Of a stretch of DNA of 29,423 bases, positions 17,278 to 25,352 are shown in pieces. Position numbers and translations under genes: made by a program. The DNA comes from a virus. Its lineage: Duplodnaviria > Caudoviricetes. The stretch lies in IMG/VR virus record IMGVR_UViG_3300037484_000601, positions 1 to 29,423 of that record, one strand, 5' to 3'. The stretch's first letter is position 1. Each line of letters opens with the position of its first letter. The notes beneath the pieces are model-generated. The model was given only the letters and a program-made list of their open reading frames with translations. It did not search any database and was not told the origin of the DNA.

Positions 17278-18525
17278 TCACTCTTCCTCTGCAACAGACT
17301 GCAACAGGTTCAATTGACGCAGACCGAAGCGTTCCTTCAAGAACTGCTTCTCGTAGAACTCATTGTAGTCCGGTTCTTTACCCGAGAACTTCAGCATGAT
17401 CAACTTGAAGTATGGGTGAGGATTAGTTCCTTCCTGAGAAAACTTCAATGCCATCGCCTTACGATCATGATGGTCAATCGCAGCTTCGCCTCGGTGAATC
17501 TTGCGAGAAGCTGCGCATTCATTCAATACACGGTCAACTTCAGTGCGAATCTCATTGACGTCACGAACAACACGGGCTTCGATCTCATTGATCTCAGTGA
17601 GGTCACAATCTTCACCAGCCAATGTAGACTTAACGTCATCCAGAGATTCGTTTAGCACCATCACCGCGATGTCTCGCTCGCGCAGGTTGGTCATCACACC
17701 GTGACGGTCACAGTACCACTTGGTCTTCACCTTGACCATGCTACCATCGATAAACTGGACGATGATACCCTCAATGTTCTCAGTTTCCAGGTGAAACTTC
17801 CAGAAGTCAGCTTCGGTCTTCAGAGTAACCAGCAGATCATCGCGATCATCAACGATGCCGATCTCATACTTGGCACAGAGATCTTCAAGTGCTGCACGGT
17901 TCATATACTCACCAGTGACGTTGTCACGAATGTGTAGCAGCTTTAGTTCGTCTTGGGGATAAGCAAGAACGATACGAGCAGTTGGTGAAGTCCACTCAAA
18001 GATAGCAGTCTTATCATGGTCAACGCACCATTCACAGAACAACATCATTCCATGTTGAGCTACAGTGTCCAGAGATAAGACATGAGCTCGAGCTTGTTTA
18101 GCAACGTCAGACTCAAAGGACTTCTTTGACTTGAAGGTGAAGTTTGCACCGGTGGTGATCGAAGTTACACCGTCTACAGCTTTCACGGTGTGAATCATTG
18201 AGCCATCACGCTTGTCCATGATACGAGTAACCTTGGACCAATCCAGAGCAGCAAACTGAGTTTCCGGAATCTGGTTCAGGTTGAAAAATTTATGAAGTGG
18301 ACGGGCAATCACACGACCGTTCTTGTCAAACACGACACCGCGAGCTTCGCGAGAGTACATCTCATCGAAGGTGCCGTCGCATGAGATGATGTAGGAACAG
18401 ACAACGGTACCGTTGTCTTGGTCCATGAAGCGGATTTCTTCTTTGTGAGCGACAGCTTGACGCATCAAGATGTCATTCACAAGAATCGGGAAGGGTAAAT
18501 TTTGGCGCAGTCCGATGTAGGTCAT
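17278..18525 (-). CDS. rnlA: RNA ligase 1 (T4 Rnl1-like)
   Basis: REARG, KFFN, motif I MDKRDGSMI, FEWTSPTARIV, IEGIIV and VKVKTKWY. Confidence 0.9.
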   Translation of the reverse strand: MTYIGLRQNLPFPILVNDILMRQAVAHKEEIRFMDQDNGTVVCSYIISCDGTFDEMYSREARGVVFDKNGRVIARPLHKFFNLNQIPETQFAALDWSKVTRIMDKRDGSMIHTVKAVDGVTSITTGANFTFKSKKSFESDVAKQARAHVLSLDTVAQHGMMLFCEWCVDHDKTAIFEWTSPTARIVLAYPQDELKLLHIRDNVTGEYMNRAALEDLCAKYEIGIVDDRDDLLVTLKTEADFWKFHLETENIEGIIVQFIDGSMVKVKTKWYCDRHGVMTNLRERDIAVMVLNESLDDVKSTLAGEDCDLTEINEIEARVVRDVNEIRTEVDRVLNECAASRKIHRGEAAIDHHDRKAMALKFSQEGTNPHPYFKLIMLKFSGKEPDYNEFYEKQFLKERFGLRQLNLLQSVAEEE

Positions 18526-18773
18526 TCTTGTTCCTTAAGGATGTAGGGTGCATAGACCCAAAGACGAATCATAAGAGAGTTGTAAAGATCAAAGTTTTTT
18601 CTGAAGACACAGAGAAGACTGTAAACAGTCTCTTCACCAACAAGATTGATCTCTTTGCGAGTGTCGATAGTGTCAAACCAATCAACTACCTTGATGCTTT
18701 CTTCAAAGGAATACTTTGAGCACAATGCGATCAATGCAGCGCTCTTCCACTCAGAAAATTCATTTTCGTTCAT
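18522..18773 (-). CDS. Hypothetical protein
   Basis: GGAGG SD; ATGA overlaps at both ends. Confidence 0.7.
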   Translation of the reverse strand: MNENEFSEWKSAALIALCSKYSFEESIKVVDWFDTIDTRKEINLVGEETVYSLLCVFRKNFDLYNSLMIRLWVYAPYILKEQE

Positions 18774-19036
18774 TTGGCCTCCAGTTCGTACACTAAGAGG
18801 ACATCAGCAACTTCAGCAATGCGAGTATAATAGGAGAACTTTCCGTCTCTCCAATCCCAGTCATGGGTACGATCTTCTAAAAAGACGTTTTGGTTATGAA
18901 CCATCTCACCATCACGATCCAGGAAGTTCTGCTCATCGATAAGAGTTGCTACTCTTATTGGTTTCTCGGTCAACAGAATCTGCTTACGGCTGTTAGCCTC
19001 GATTCCACGCAAGATTTTATAGCGAGTAGCTTTCAT
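18770..19036 (-). CDS. Hypothetical protein
   Basis: GGAGGT SD; first gene after the promoter cassette. Confidence 0.75.
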   Translation of the reverse strand: MKATRYKILRGIEANSRKQILLTEKPIRVATLIDEQNFLDRDGEMVHNQNVFLEDRTHDWDWRDGKFSYYTRIAEVADVLLVYELEAK

Positions 19037-19049
19037 CTTTTACCTCCAG

Positions 19050-19105
19050 ATTCGGTTACGATGGAGTAATTATATCAAAGCACTCAAGAAAGTAAACACT
19101 TATTT
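19050..19105 (-). promoter_or_regulatory. Early promoter cassette, copy 2
   Basis: AAATAAGTGTTTACTTT-N11-TGATATAATTACTCCATCGTAACCGAAT. Confidence 0.85.
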
Positions 19106-19116
19106 GAAGAAAGCAC

Positions 19117-19311
19117 TTAATTTGAGCAGGGAAAGTGATCTTTAATCGTGTAACCGTGCTCACATCCGGGGACGTGAAGCGAATCTGCGACTACATTGAC
19201 AACAGGAGTCGTATAATCTACCTTGATTTCTTCAGAATCAGGAAAACGAATGAGCATTGCAGCAAGAATAGCGATAGCTGCGATTGTGTACAAGATAGAT
19301 TTCAGCTTCAT
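19117..19311 (-). CDS. Small membrane-anchored protein
   Basis: AGGAGG SD, N-terminal hydrophobic helix, and its own early promoter. Confidence 0.7.
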   Translation of the reverse strand: MKLKSILYTIAAIAILAAMLIRFPDSEEIKVDYTTPVVNVVADSLHVPGCEHGYTIKDHFPCSN

Positions 19312-19334
19312 AGTTTCCTCCTAAATGAGGAAAC

Positions 19335-19364
19335 ATTATATCACGAAACTGCAAGAATGTAAAC
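19335..19364 (-). promoter_or_regulatory. Early promoter
   Basis: (G)TTTACA-N17-TATAAT with an extended TG. Confidence 0.8.
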
Positions 19365-19381
19365 CGAAAAGTGTAAGATTC

Positions 19382-19609
19382 TCAATGGGAATGAGTCTTT
19401 TTAATCATGAAGGGTCTCCGAACACCAGCACTAAAGGCTTCAGCCGCTTCCAATGCAGCGCTAATTCTTTCATCCGGAGTTTTATCTTGAGTTGTGTGTA
19501 GAGCACCAAGAGCAAGTTCAGCACCACAACCAACCGCATCAAATGACTCTAAATTCTCTGCAACTTGATAGTCGTTGCATATTCGAAAGATGCGACCTTG
19601 AAAACTTAC
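19382..19609 (-). pseudogene. 3' remnant of an HslV/proteasome-beta-like (Ntn) protease gene
   Basis: Start-less frame VSFQGRIFRICNDYQVAENLESFDAVGCGAELALGALHTT...ERISAALEAAEAFSAGVRRPF...*. There is an in-frame TAA immediately upstream, and the N-terminal catalytic-Thr half is absent. Confidence 0.7.
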
Positions 19610-20406
19610 TTAGTCTGAGCGATCCACTCGTCAAAGTTTGCAATAGAATTTTTGTCTAAGCTTGGTCCAAAGTAGATACCGGTAGAAGCTTCAATCGCAG
19701 ACAAGGGAACTACATAGTTGCGAAGATCCTTTGTTGGTATGTCTGCATTCGGCATCGAGAAAGCAATCGTCTTTCCTGTCTCAGCATCGATCATTATCTT
19801 GAATAGATAGTCAGGAACCCAAACTTTGTTTAGACCGATAGTCACCCGTGCTTTGTTGGGCAAGAAAATTGGACCAGATACTACGTAAACTCCAGCTGGA
19901 TGCAAAGCAACATAACCACGAATTCTCATCTCTATGAACTTCCAGATGATCTCATTGTTACGATAATTTTGAGGTACCATGTTGCTCATGAAGAAAGATT
20001 CACTGACACAGTCTACACAAGAGCTAAAGTCTTGATTGGGTGTCATATGCCCACGATCACATGAATTTACTCGTCTCTTTGTAGTGATAGGTCCACAAGC
20101 AGTCCCCGAATCATCATAATCTGAAGAGGTTACTGCGTGAAGAGATTCTATCGCAGGATCTGCACGAAAATCATTAGTACGAGGTAAGCTACCTGTATCT
20201 CCTACTACAAGATGTTCTGTTGTGTAGATTGGATCGTGTGTGGTGAATGAATACGCAATTGCATATTCTTTGTGGCAGATGAATTGATCAGCCAGCACGA
20301 TGGGAGCCATCTTGTATGCCAACTGAGGGCAGTATCGGTCAATATCATTACATGCTAATGTCTGAAAGGACGTTAGCATTAAGATTAGGACAAACATCTT
20401 CTTCAT
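19606..20406 (-). CDS. Secreted DNA/RNA non-specific endonuclease (NucA/Serratia family)
   Basis: Signal-peptide-like MKKMFVLILMLTSFQTLA; RTNDFRADP; DRGH; ESFFMSNMVPQ..NN..IW..IE; VPDYLFK. Confidence 0.9.
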   Translation of the reverse strand: MKKMFVLILMLTSFQTLACNDIDRYCPQLAYKMAPIVLADQFICHKEYAIAYSFTTHDPIYTTEHLVVGDTGSLPRTNDFRADPAIESLHAVTSSDYDDSGTACGPITTKRRVNSCDRGHMTPNQDFSSCVDCVSESFFMSNMVPQNYRNNEIIWKFIEMRIRGYVALHPAGVYVVSGPIFLPNKARVTIGLNKVWVPDYLFKIMIDAETGKTIAFSMPNADIPTKDLRNYVVPLSAIEASTGIYFGPSLDKNSIANFDEWIAQTK

Positions 20407-20990
20407 GAATTTTCCTTTGAGTATAAGACTCGTTCAATTTGTTCATACAACTTGTTTAAGCCGAGAGACTTATCATTTATGATAAGCTTATCTTCTGGAA
20501 GGCGCTTGATACCAGATTCTGAACCGTGATTGTATTTTTCGTCACGCTTCAGCCCTGGGGTCTCTAGGAAGATCAGGATTGAGTTTGGTTGAGAACGAAC
20601 CCACTCAGCTTCATTTTCAAAACGCACGTCAGTAATGATCGTTCCGATACCTTCTGCCAAGTTATTTTTGGTTTCAAGTTCTGCGCGCTTAATCCAAACA
20701 TCCTTACGTAACATGTCTCGACCATATTCAGTACCAAGTTGTTGCATTGATTTGCGAGGTGTAAAACCCCAAAAAGGATCAACCTGTTCTTTCAGAACAC
20801 GATCATTCATCTGCTCGTCGGTGAAACCAAACATGACCTTACAAGCTTCCTTTACCGGTTTGGCAAAGGCGTACTTAGACCACCTCGAAGGGCCAGAGAT
20901 AGTTCGATCCATCCAATAGATGAATTCGGCAACCGTATCTTTTCCACCGTTGAGCGGTCCGTGGATACCGATGAGTTTAGTAGATTTCAT
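20403..20990 (-). CDS. Deoxynucleoside monophosphate kinase (T4 gp1-like)
   Basis: IGIHGPLNGGKDT, FAKPVK, TPR..MQQLGTE.GR, ITDVRFENE and H.SE. True start is ATG 20990 (TAATG overlap). Confidence 0.9.
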   Translation of the reverse strand: MKSTKLIGIHGPLNGGKDTVAEFIYWMDRTISGPSRWSKYAFAKPVKEACKVMFGFTDEQMNDRVLKEQVDPFWGFTPRKSMQQLGTEYGRDMLRKDVWIKRAELETKNNLAEGIGTIITDVRFENEAEWVRSQPNSILIFLETPGLKRDEKYNHGSESGIKRLPEDKLIINDKSLGLNKLYEQIERVLYSKENS

Positions 20991-21190
20991 TAGCGAATGA
21001 TCATGAGGAATGTTTGGAGAGCTGTATTCAAGCAGTAGATAAACCCAACGACCCCAAACCACGCACTAGCAAAGATAGAAGCAATAACGAATGCTGACCT
21101 GGTCTTGTAGTTATCGCTGAAGATAACTATCACAAGAGAGCTCAAGAAAATTGTTATCAATGCAAAATTTATGTATGAGAATAGTATCAT
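20990..21190 (-). CDS. Small two-helix membrane protein
   Basis: Two hydrophobic segments; start/stop overlaps with both neighbours. Confidence 0.6.
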   Translation of the reverse strand: MILFSYINFALITIFLSSLVIVIFSDNYKTRSAFVIASIFASAWFGVVGFIYCLNTALQTFLMIIR

Positions 21191-21444
21191 TTCTTAGCTT
21201 TCTTTTTCTTTTTCTTCTCAACGTGTTTATCATGAGCATGTTGAGCTTCTTCAATCATGTTTGTGATGACTTTTTCACCCTTGAACACTCTCTCAAGAAG
21301 CTCGTCAGCACCTGACGCGTTACCATCTTGAACCATGTAATTGTGAAGAAGAGATAAGTCGTCAAAACAACTCGGATGTAAAATCTCTCCTGTTTTACAA
21401 TTGACTAGCGCTTTTTCTTTGTGATTGATCTTGATTTTGCACAT
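21187..21444 (-). CDS. Hypothetical protein with a Lys-rich tail
   Basis: 85 aa, packed within the operon. Confidence 0.65.
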   Translation of the reverse strand: MCKIKINHKEKALVNCKTGEILHPSCFDDLSLLHNYMVQDGNASGADELLERVFKGEKVITNMIEEAQHAHDKHVEKKKKKKAKK

Positions 21445-21453
21445 TTTGTATCT

Positions 21454-21924
21454 TCAGTATGGTTGATGACACTTAACGATTGCTCTCGTGAGTAAGTGTT
21501 CTAGGTTATCAAATACTTCTACCCGATGGCGTAGAGCGAGAGCCTTCAAGTATGCATTCTTCGGTGCGTCAGGTGGAGCTCCAAAGATACACTTTCCTGA
21601 CGCAACGAGCGATCCAAACTCAACGTTAGTTGTAAATGCTGGCAGCTTCTTGAGCTCACGAGGAACCCAAAAGACAACGATCGTTGCCACGTTTAATGCT
21701 GACCACTCCCAGTGAATTTGCTCGTCGTAGTCAAAGTCAGGTTGAGACCAATGTTCAAGACTTGGTCTCAATTCAGGGACATAAACCTTACCATCAAAGC
21801 CATGCTCATGAAGAATCTTGATCGCTCCAGGCCGCCAGGAAGGTGTATCAGAATCTCTTGGAGTCGGACCTGCCAAAAAGATCGACTTTTCTACTTCTTC
21901 TCTTGCATATACAAGCTTCATCAT
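21454..21924 (-). CDS. Nucleoside 2-deoxyribosyltransferase-like protein
   Basis: SIFLAGPTPR, SWR, VYVPE, QIHWE, VFWVPR and AFTTNVEFG. Start at 21924 overlaps the HNH gene stop (ATGA). Confidence 0.8.
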   Translation of the reverse strand: MMKLVYAREEVEKSIFLAGPTPRDSDTPSWRPGAIKILHEHGFDGKVYVPELRPSLEHWSQPDFDYDEQIHWEWSALNVATIVVFWVPRELKKLPAFTTNVEFGSLVASGKCIFGAPPDAPKNAYLKALALRHRVEVFDNLEHLLTRAIVKCHQPY

Positions 21925-22202
21925 CTCTTCCTCTTTGAACTGACCGAACCATCGTAGAATCCCGGGTCTTTCTTTCTGACCCATGAAATGAAACTTGCAA
22001 TGTCCGGGTGAGCAATCAGCTCCTCCCAAGTGTGGTACTTTTTCTCTAGCTCCTTCTCAGTGAAGGTAGCATGGATCTTTCGGTGACAAATTCTATGAAT
22101 TGCGTACTTGTCTTTGCCACCGTGACATTTCGGCATCAAGTGATGCTCGTTGATGTTTATGTCACCGAGTTCTCGATGGCAGAGTGGACAGATCATGTAC
22201 AA
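21921..22202 (-). CDS. Small HNH-family nuclease-like protein
   Basis: CPLC..EHHLMPK.HGG..HRICHRKIH. Confidence 0.75.
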   Translation of the reverse strand: MYMICPLCHRELGDININEHHLMPKCHGGKDKYAIHRICHRKIHATFTEKELEKKYHTWEELIAHPDIASFISWVRKKDPGFYDGSVSSKRKR

Positions 22203-22272
22203 GGTTCTGTACTACTTAAGCACAAAGTTAATGGTAATCTATATCAAGGAAATTTAAAGTTAGCTCAGGACC

Positions 22273-22584
22273 TTACATGACATTCGTTCTCACATCATAG
22301 TTCAAAAGAGCTTGAGTGTAAGCCATAGTCATGTTAAATTCAACAGCAAGGTCCTTGGGATCGGCAAATTCCACTTCGTATCGGTAACGAGCAGCCCTTA
22401 CTTGATCATCAGTTAGAAATGCTCGGTGATGTTGCTTTTTAGCAGTTTTAACTTTTGGTTTAGCAGTCGGCTCACTTGCAATCTTGAGCAAGGTTGGGTT
22501 GAGATAAAGACCAGCTCTAACTACAGTTGAAGCGCCGCTGTCAGAACGACGATGTCCACCTAACTTGTAGGTACTTGCTTTCAC
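22273..22584 (-). CDS. Putative helix-turn-helix DNA-binding protein
   Basis: GTG start after AAGGAG; basic protein; LTDDQVRAAR...KDLAVEFNMT...LL pattern. Confidence 0.5.
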   Translation of the reverse strand: MKASTYKLGGHRRSDSGASTVVRAGLYLNPTLLKIASEPTAKPKVKTAKKQHHRAFLTDDQVRAARYRYEVEFADPKDLAVEFNMTMAYTQALLNYDVRTNVM

Positions 22585-22593
22585 TTGGTCTCC

Positions 22594-23961
22594 TTAGAGT
22601 TTCAATGCTGCGAGTTCACGTTTGTACATCTTGACAGGTTGGTCGACTTGGAGGTCAGCTAGCTTCTTCCTCTCAAACTCCAACTTCTTTGCACTGTCCT
22701 CAATGTGATCACGCGTCAGAGACCAGATTGACATCCCCAGGAGACGTTCCGGTTGAGTGAACTTGTTAGCATTCAACAGCTCAAGCAGATCTTTCTTCCC
22801 GGTGTCACGGAACTTTTGAGTGTTTGCGAGGTAGAAATTGATGAATCGAATCACCTCTTCCAACCAAGCAATTTGAGCACTCGTGAGTTCGATGTATTTT
22901 TGACGACGATCTTCATAGCGTTTAAGGCGCCAATCTACGAAAGCAGCAAGCAGTTTCTCGACTGACTCATACTTCTCGATCACACCGTCAGGATTCCAAA
23001 CAGTCAAGTTTTCTGTGTCACGAGCTTCTAGCTTCAATACCTTGATGAGCTCTTCGCGCTGTAAGACTGTAGTAGTGCGAGGAACTTTGAGGATGAAGTC
23101 AAATCCTGTGTCATCAGACGCGTTCTTGAAGCTCTTAACTTTTTCTTGATCTTCAAGCCTGAAGAGAATCTCTTCGTACTTGTCAGACTGAGTACCGACA
23201 GGAAGCTCAGTCACACGAATCTCGGTACTGTTGATGACGGTAAAGTCACCGGTAACCTTGACTTGGCCGTTCGTCTTGTCACGTTCAACCTTACCCTTAA
23301 AGTCATTCCACCAAGGCGTCAGTTCGTGATCGGTCAACTTCTTTCCGTCGAGGATTTTCAAAATCGCTTGCTTCAGATCATCTGGTTTGTAAGAGAAGAT
23401 GTGTGTAGCATGTCCTGTACCCATACCCTCTGCGCCGTTGAGCAACACAACAGGAAGTAGAGGAATGAAATACTTTGGCTCGATCTTCAGATCACCGGCA
23501 CGGCGCTGTTCCAGGATGATGTCATCTTCCTTCATGAAAATCTTACGGAAGTTTTCATGGATCTTGGTTTCGATGTAACGAGCAGCCGAAGTGCCGTGAG
23601 AGCGGCGAGAACCGAACTGACCTTCAGGTACCAAGAAGTTTACGTTGTTGCTACCAGCAAAGTCTTGAGCAAGACCGGCGATCGTTCCCTGCATGGAACC
23701 AATGCCGTGGTGATAGTCAGTAGCTGCTGCGCAGTGTGCTGAAACCCGTTCTACAGAGATGAGACCTGCATTTTCTCCGCGATCAAGCATTCCCCACATG
23801 GCCTTTCGCTGAGCTTCCTTGAAGCCGTCACCGATGAATGGAATGCCGCGAACGTTCGAGTGAGCGCTGTACAGCCGAAGAGAATCATTGAAAAAGTCAT
23901 GAGCAGTAATCTCGATGAGCTTTGCCGAGTTTAGTCCAAAGTTTTGTGTTTGTTTTGTCAT
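22594..23961 (-). CDS. Type IIA DNA topoisomerase, breakage-reunion subunit (T4 gp52/GyrA-like)
   Basis: DGFKEAQRK, YHHG, GQFGSR, catalytic AARY, EPKYF and NGAEGMGTG. Confidence 0.95.
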   Translation of the reverse strand: MTKQTQNFGLNSAKLIEITAHDFFNDSLRLYSAHSNVRGIPFIGDGFKEAQRKAMWGMLDRGENAGLISVERVSAHCAAATDYHHGIGSMQGTIAGLAQDFAGSNNVNFLVPEGQFGSRRSHGTSAARYIETKIHENFRKIFMKEDDIILEQRRAGDLKIEPKYFIPLLPVVLLNGAEGMGTGHATHIFSYKPDDLKQAILKILDGKKLTDHELTPWWNDFKGKVERDKTNGQVKVTGDFTVINSTEIRVTELPVGTQSDKYEEILFRLEDQEKVKSFKNASDDTGFDFILKVPRTTTVLQREELIKVLKLEARDTENLTVWNPDGVIEKYESVEKLLAAFVDWRLKRYEDRRQKYIELTSAQIAWLEEVIRFINFYLANTQKFRDTGKKDLLELLNANKFTQPERLLGMSIWSLTRDHIEDSAKKLEFERKKLADLQVDQPVKMYKRELAALKL

Positions 23962-24197
23962 CAGTATGCCGTCGCGTATGCGTAAAATTTACCATCAGAA
24001 GTTTGCATCGTGTCCCAGTAGACCCGACGATTACCACAGTCGCACCGGTGAGATTCTCCATCCCAACCCATACAATCTCTACCCAGGTCATCGCAATTGT
24101 GACCGTCAAAGCTAATCATACCTTCTTCGGAAGCTGAGGCCTTGGCAGCAGCGATCGCTTCTTCTGGGGCATTGTAAGTTTGTCCAAGGGTATTCAT
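23961..24197 (-). CDS. Small Cys-rich hypothetical protein, probably leaderless
   Basis: FDGHNC..CMGWDG..RCDCGNRRVYW. ATG lies 7 nt after TATAAT; TGATG overlap with the gp52-like gene. Confidence 0.75.
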   Translation of the reverse strand: MNTLGQTYNAPEEAIAAAKASASEEGMISFDGHNCDDLGRDCMGWDGESHRCDCGNRRVYWDTMQTSDGKFYAYATAY

Positions 24198-24203
24198 AGA
24201 GTA

Positions 24204-24233
24204 ATTATATCATGAAGCTCATCATTTGTAAAC
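24204..24233 (-). promoter_or_regulatory. Early promoter
   Basis: (G)TTTACA-N17-TATAAT followed by TACTCTAT, the same post -10 sequence as cassette copy 1. Confidence 0.8.
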
Positions 24234-24464
24234 TGGTTTGAGCTTCTTTCTCTTCATGTGCAACTTTCTAGCTCCTCTAAAGCGAAGCCAGTTGGCATTC
24301 CACTTAACTGTAGTAGCCTTCGTAAGAAAAGCTGCACCGCTGTGAAATTCCACAAAGGGCGCTCTAATGAATTTAACTTTTTGCCAGCACTTGCGAACAA
24401 TCTTCTGCAAACAACCAGCAGGTGAAGTTCGAGCTCTGCGAAGCTGCCGTCGTCTCATGAGCAT
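24222..24464 (-). CDS. Small, very basic hypothetical protein
   Basis: TAATG overlap with the upstream stop and fills the gap exactly; no motif recognised. Confidence 0.5.
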   Translation of the reverse strand: MLMRRRQLRRARTSPAGCLQKIVRKCWQKVKFIRAPFVEFHSGAAFLTKATTVKWNANWLRFRGARKLHMKRKKLKPVYK

Positions 24465-24994
24465 TAGTGAGGCTTGATCACCATCAAACGATTCGTGTAG
24501 GCCATGATTGCGGCAGAGATCACGAAGGTGAGGTGAATGATAACTTGGAACGTCATCGTTTGTTGTGTAAGGTTGGGAGCTTCAATGAACGTTTTCAGCA
24601 AGTGGATCGACGAGATGCCAACGAGGGCCATTGCCAACTTTACTTTCAGTGAGCCAGCATCAACGTGTTCTAACCATTCTGGTTGGTCTGGGTGATTTTC
24701 TAGGTACAATCGCGAAACGAAAGTCTCATAGCCACCGACGATAACCATCAGCATCAAGTTAGCGATCATGACTACGTCGATGAGCCCGAGAACGACGAGC
24801 ATGATCTCAGTTTCCGTTACCGTTGTCATGTGTTGAATCAAGTGTACAAGTTCAACACCGAAGTGGTACACGTACACGATCTGGGCGATGATCAAGCCAA
24901 AGTACAGGGGAGCTTGCAACCAACGGCTAGAGAAAATCAAGTTAGAGATTATCTTCAGTATGTTGTTCTGATGTTGAGTTACAGATGAGGTCAT
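24464..24994 (-). CDS. yqhA: UPF0114/TIGR00645 (YqhA-like) membrane protein
   Basis: IFSSRWLQAPLYFGL, VLGLIDVVMIANL, GGYETFVSRL, PEWL and LKVKLA..GISSIHLLKTF. Confidence 0.88.
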   Translation of the reverse strand: MTSSVTQHQNNILKIISNLIFSSRWLQAPLYFGLIIAQIVYVYHFGVELVHLIQHMTTVTETEIMLVVLGLIDVVMIANLMLMVIVGGYETFVSRLYLENHPDQPEWLEHVDAGSLKVKLAMALVGISSIHLLKTFIEAPNLTQQTMTFQVIIHLTFVISAAIMAYTNRLMVIKPH

Positions 24995-25007
24995 TTCTAT
25001 CCTTGTA

Positions 25008-25307
25008 TTAGTATGGAATTAGTTTGCAGCCGTAGTTCATGCCACGCTTTTGAAACGTGAATCTTCCCTTGATCTTACCGTGATCAATGTGGGACATCAT
25101 GTCATGAAGATCAGTCATAAAGACGCTGACTCTCTTTCCTGTAGAGAGTCGCTTGAAGTAAATATGAACGGCAGATTGCCCGCGAGCAAAGCTTTCATAC
25201 TCGAGAATATCTTCAAACACAAAGTTTTCTACCAGAGTGCAACCAGATCCTGGATAAGATACTTGGTTGCCCTGAGAGTCAAACGGAATCATGTAGATCG
25301 TTTTCAT
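25008..25307 (-). CDS. Hypothetical protein
   Basis: AAGGA SD, 99 aa. Confidence 0.75.
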   Translation of the reverse strand: MKTIYMIPFDSQGNQVSYPGSGCTLVENFVFEDILEYESFARGQSAVHIYFKRLSTGKRVSVFMTDLHDMMSHIDHGKIKGRFTFQKRGMNYGCKLIPY

Positions 25308-25352
25308 ATAGGTATCCTTAGACTCGGAAACGAAGAAGACGTGTGCCGTCTA

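Noticed and set aside
20991-22029. N-terminal extensions in the ORF track for the dNMP kinase (to 21062) and the NDT-like gene (to 22029)
   Set aside because: They overlap upstream genes; downstream ATGs with stop/start coupling fit better.
25319-25352. Imperfect hairpin after the topoisomerase large subunit
   Set aside because: Short stem and no clear U tract, so it is not supportable as a terminator.
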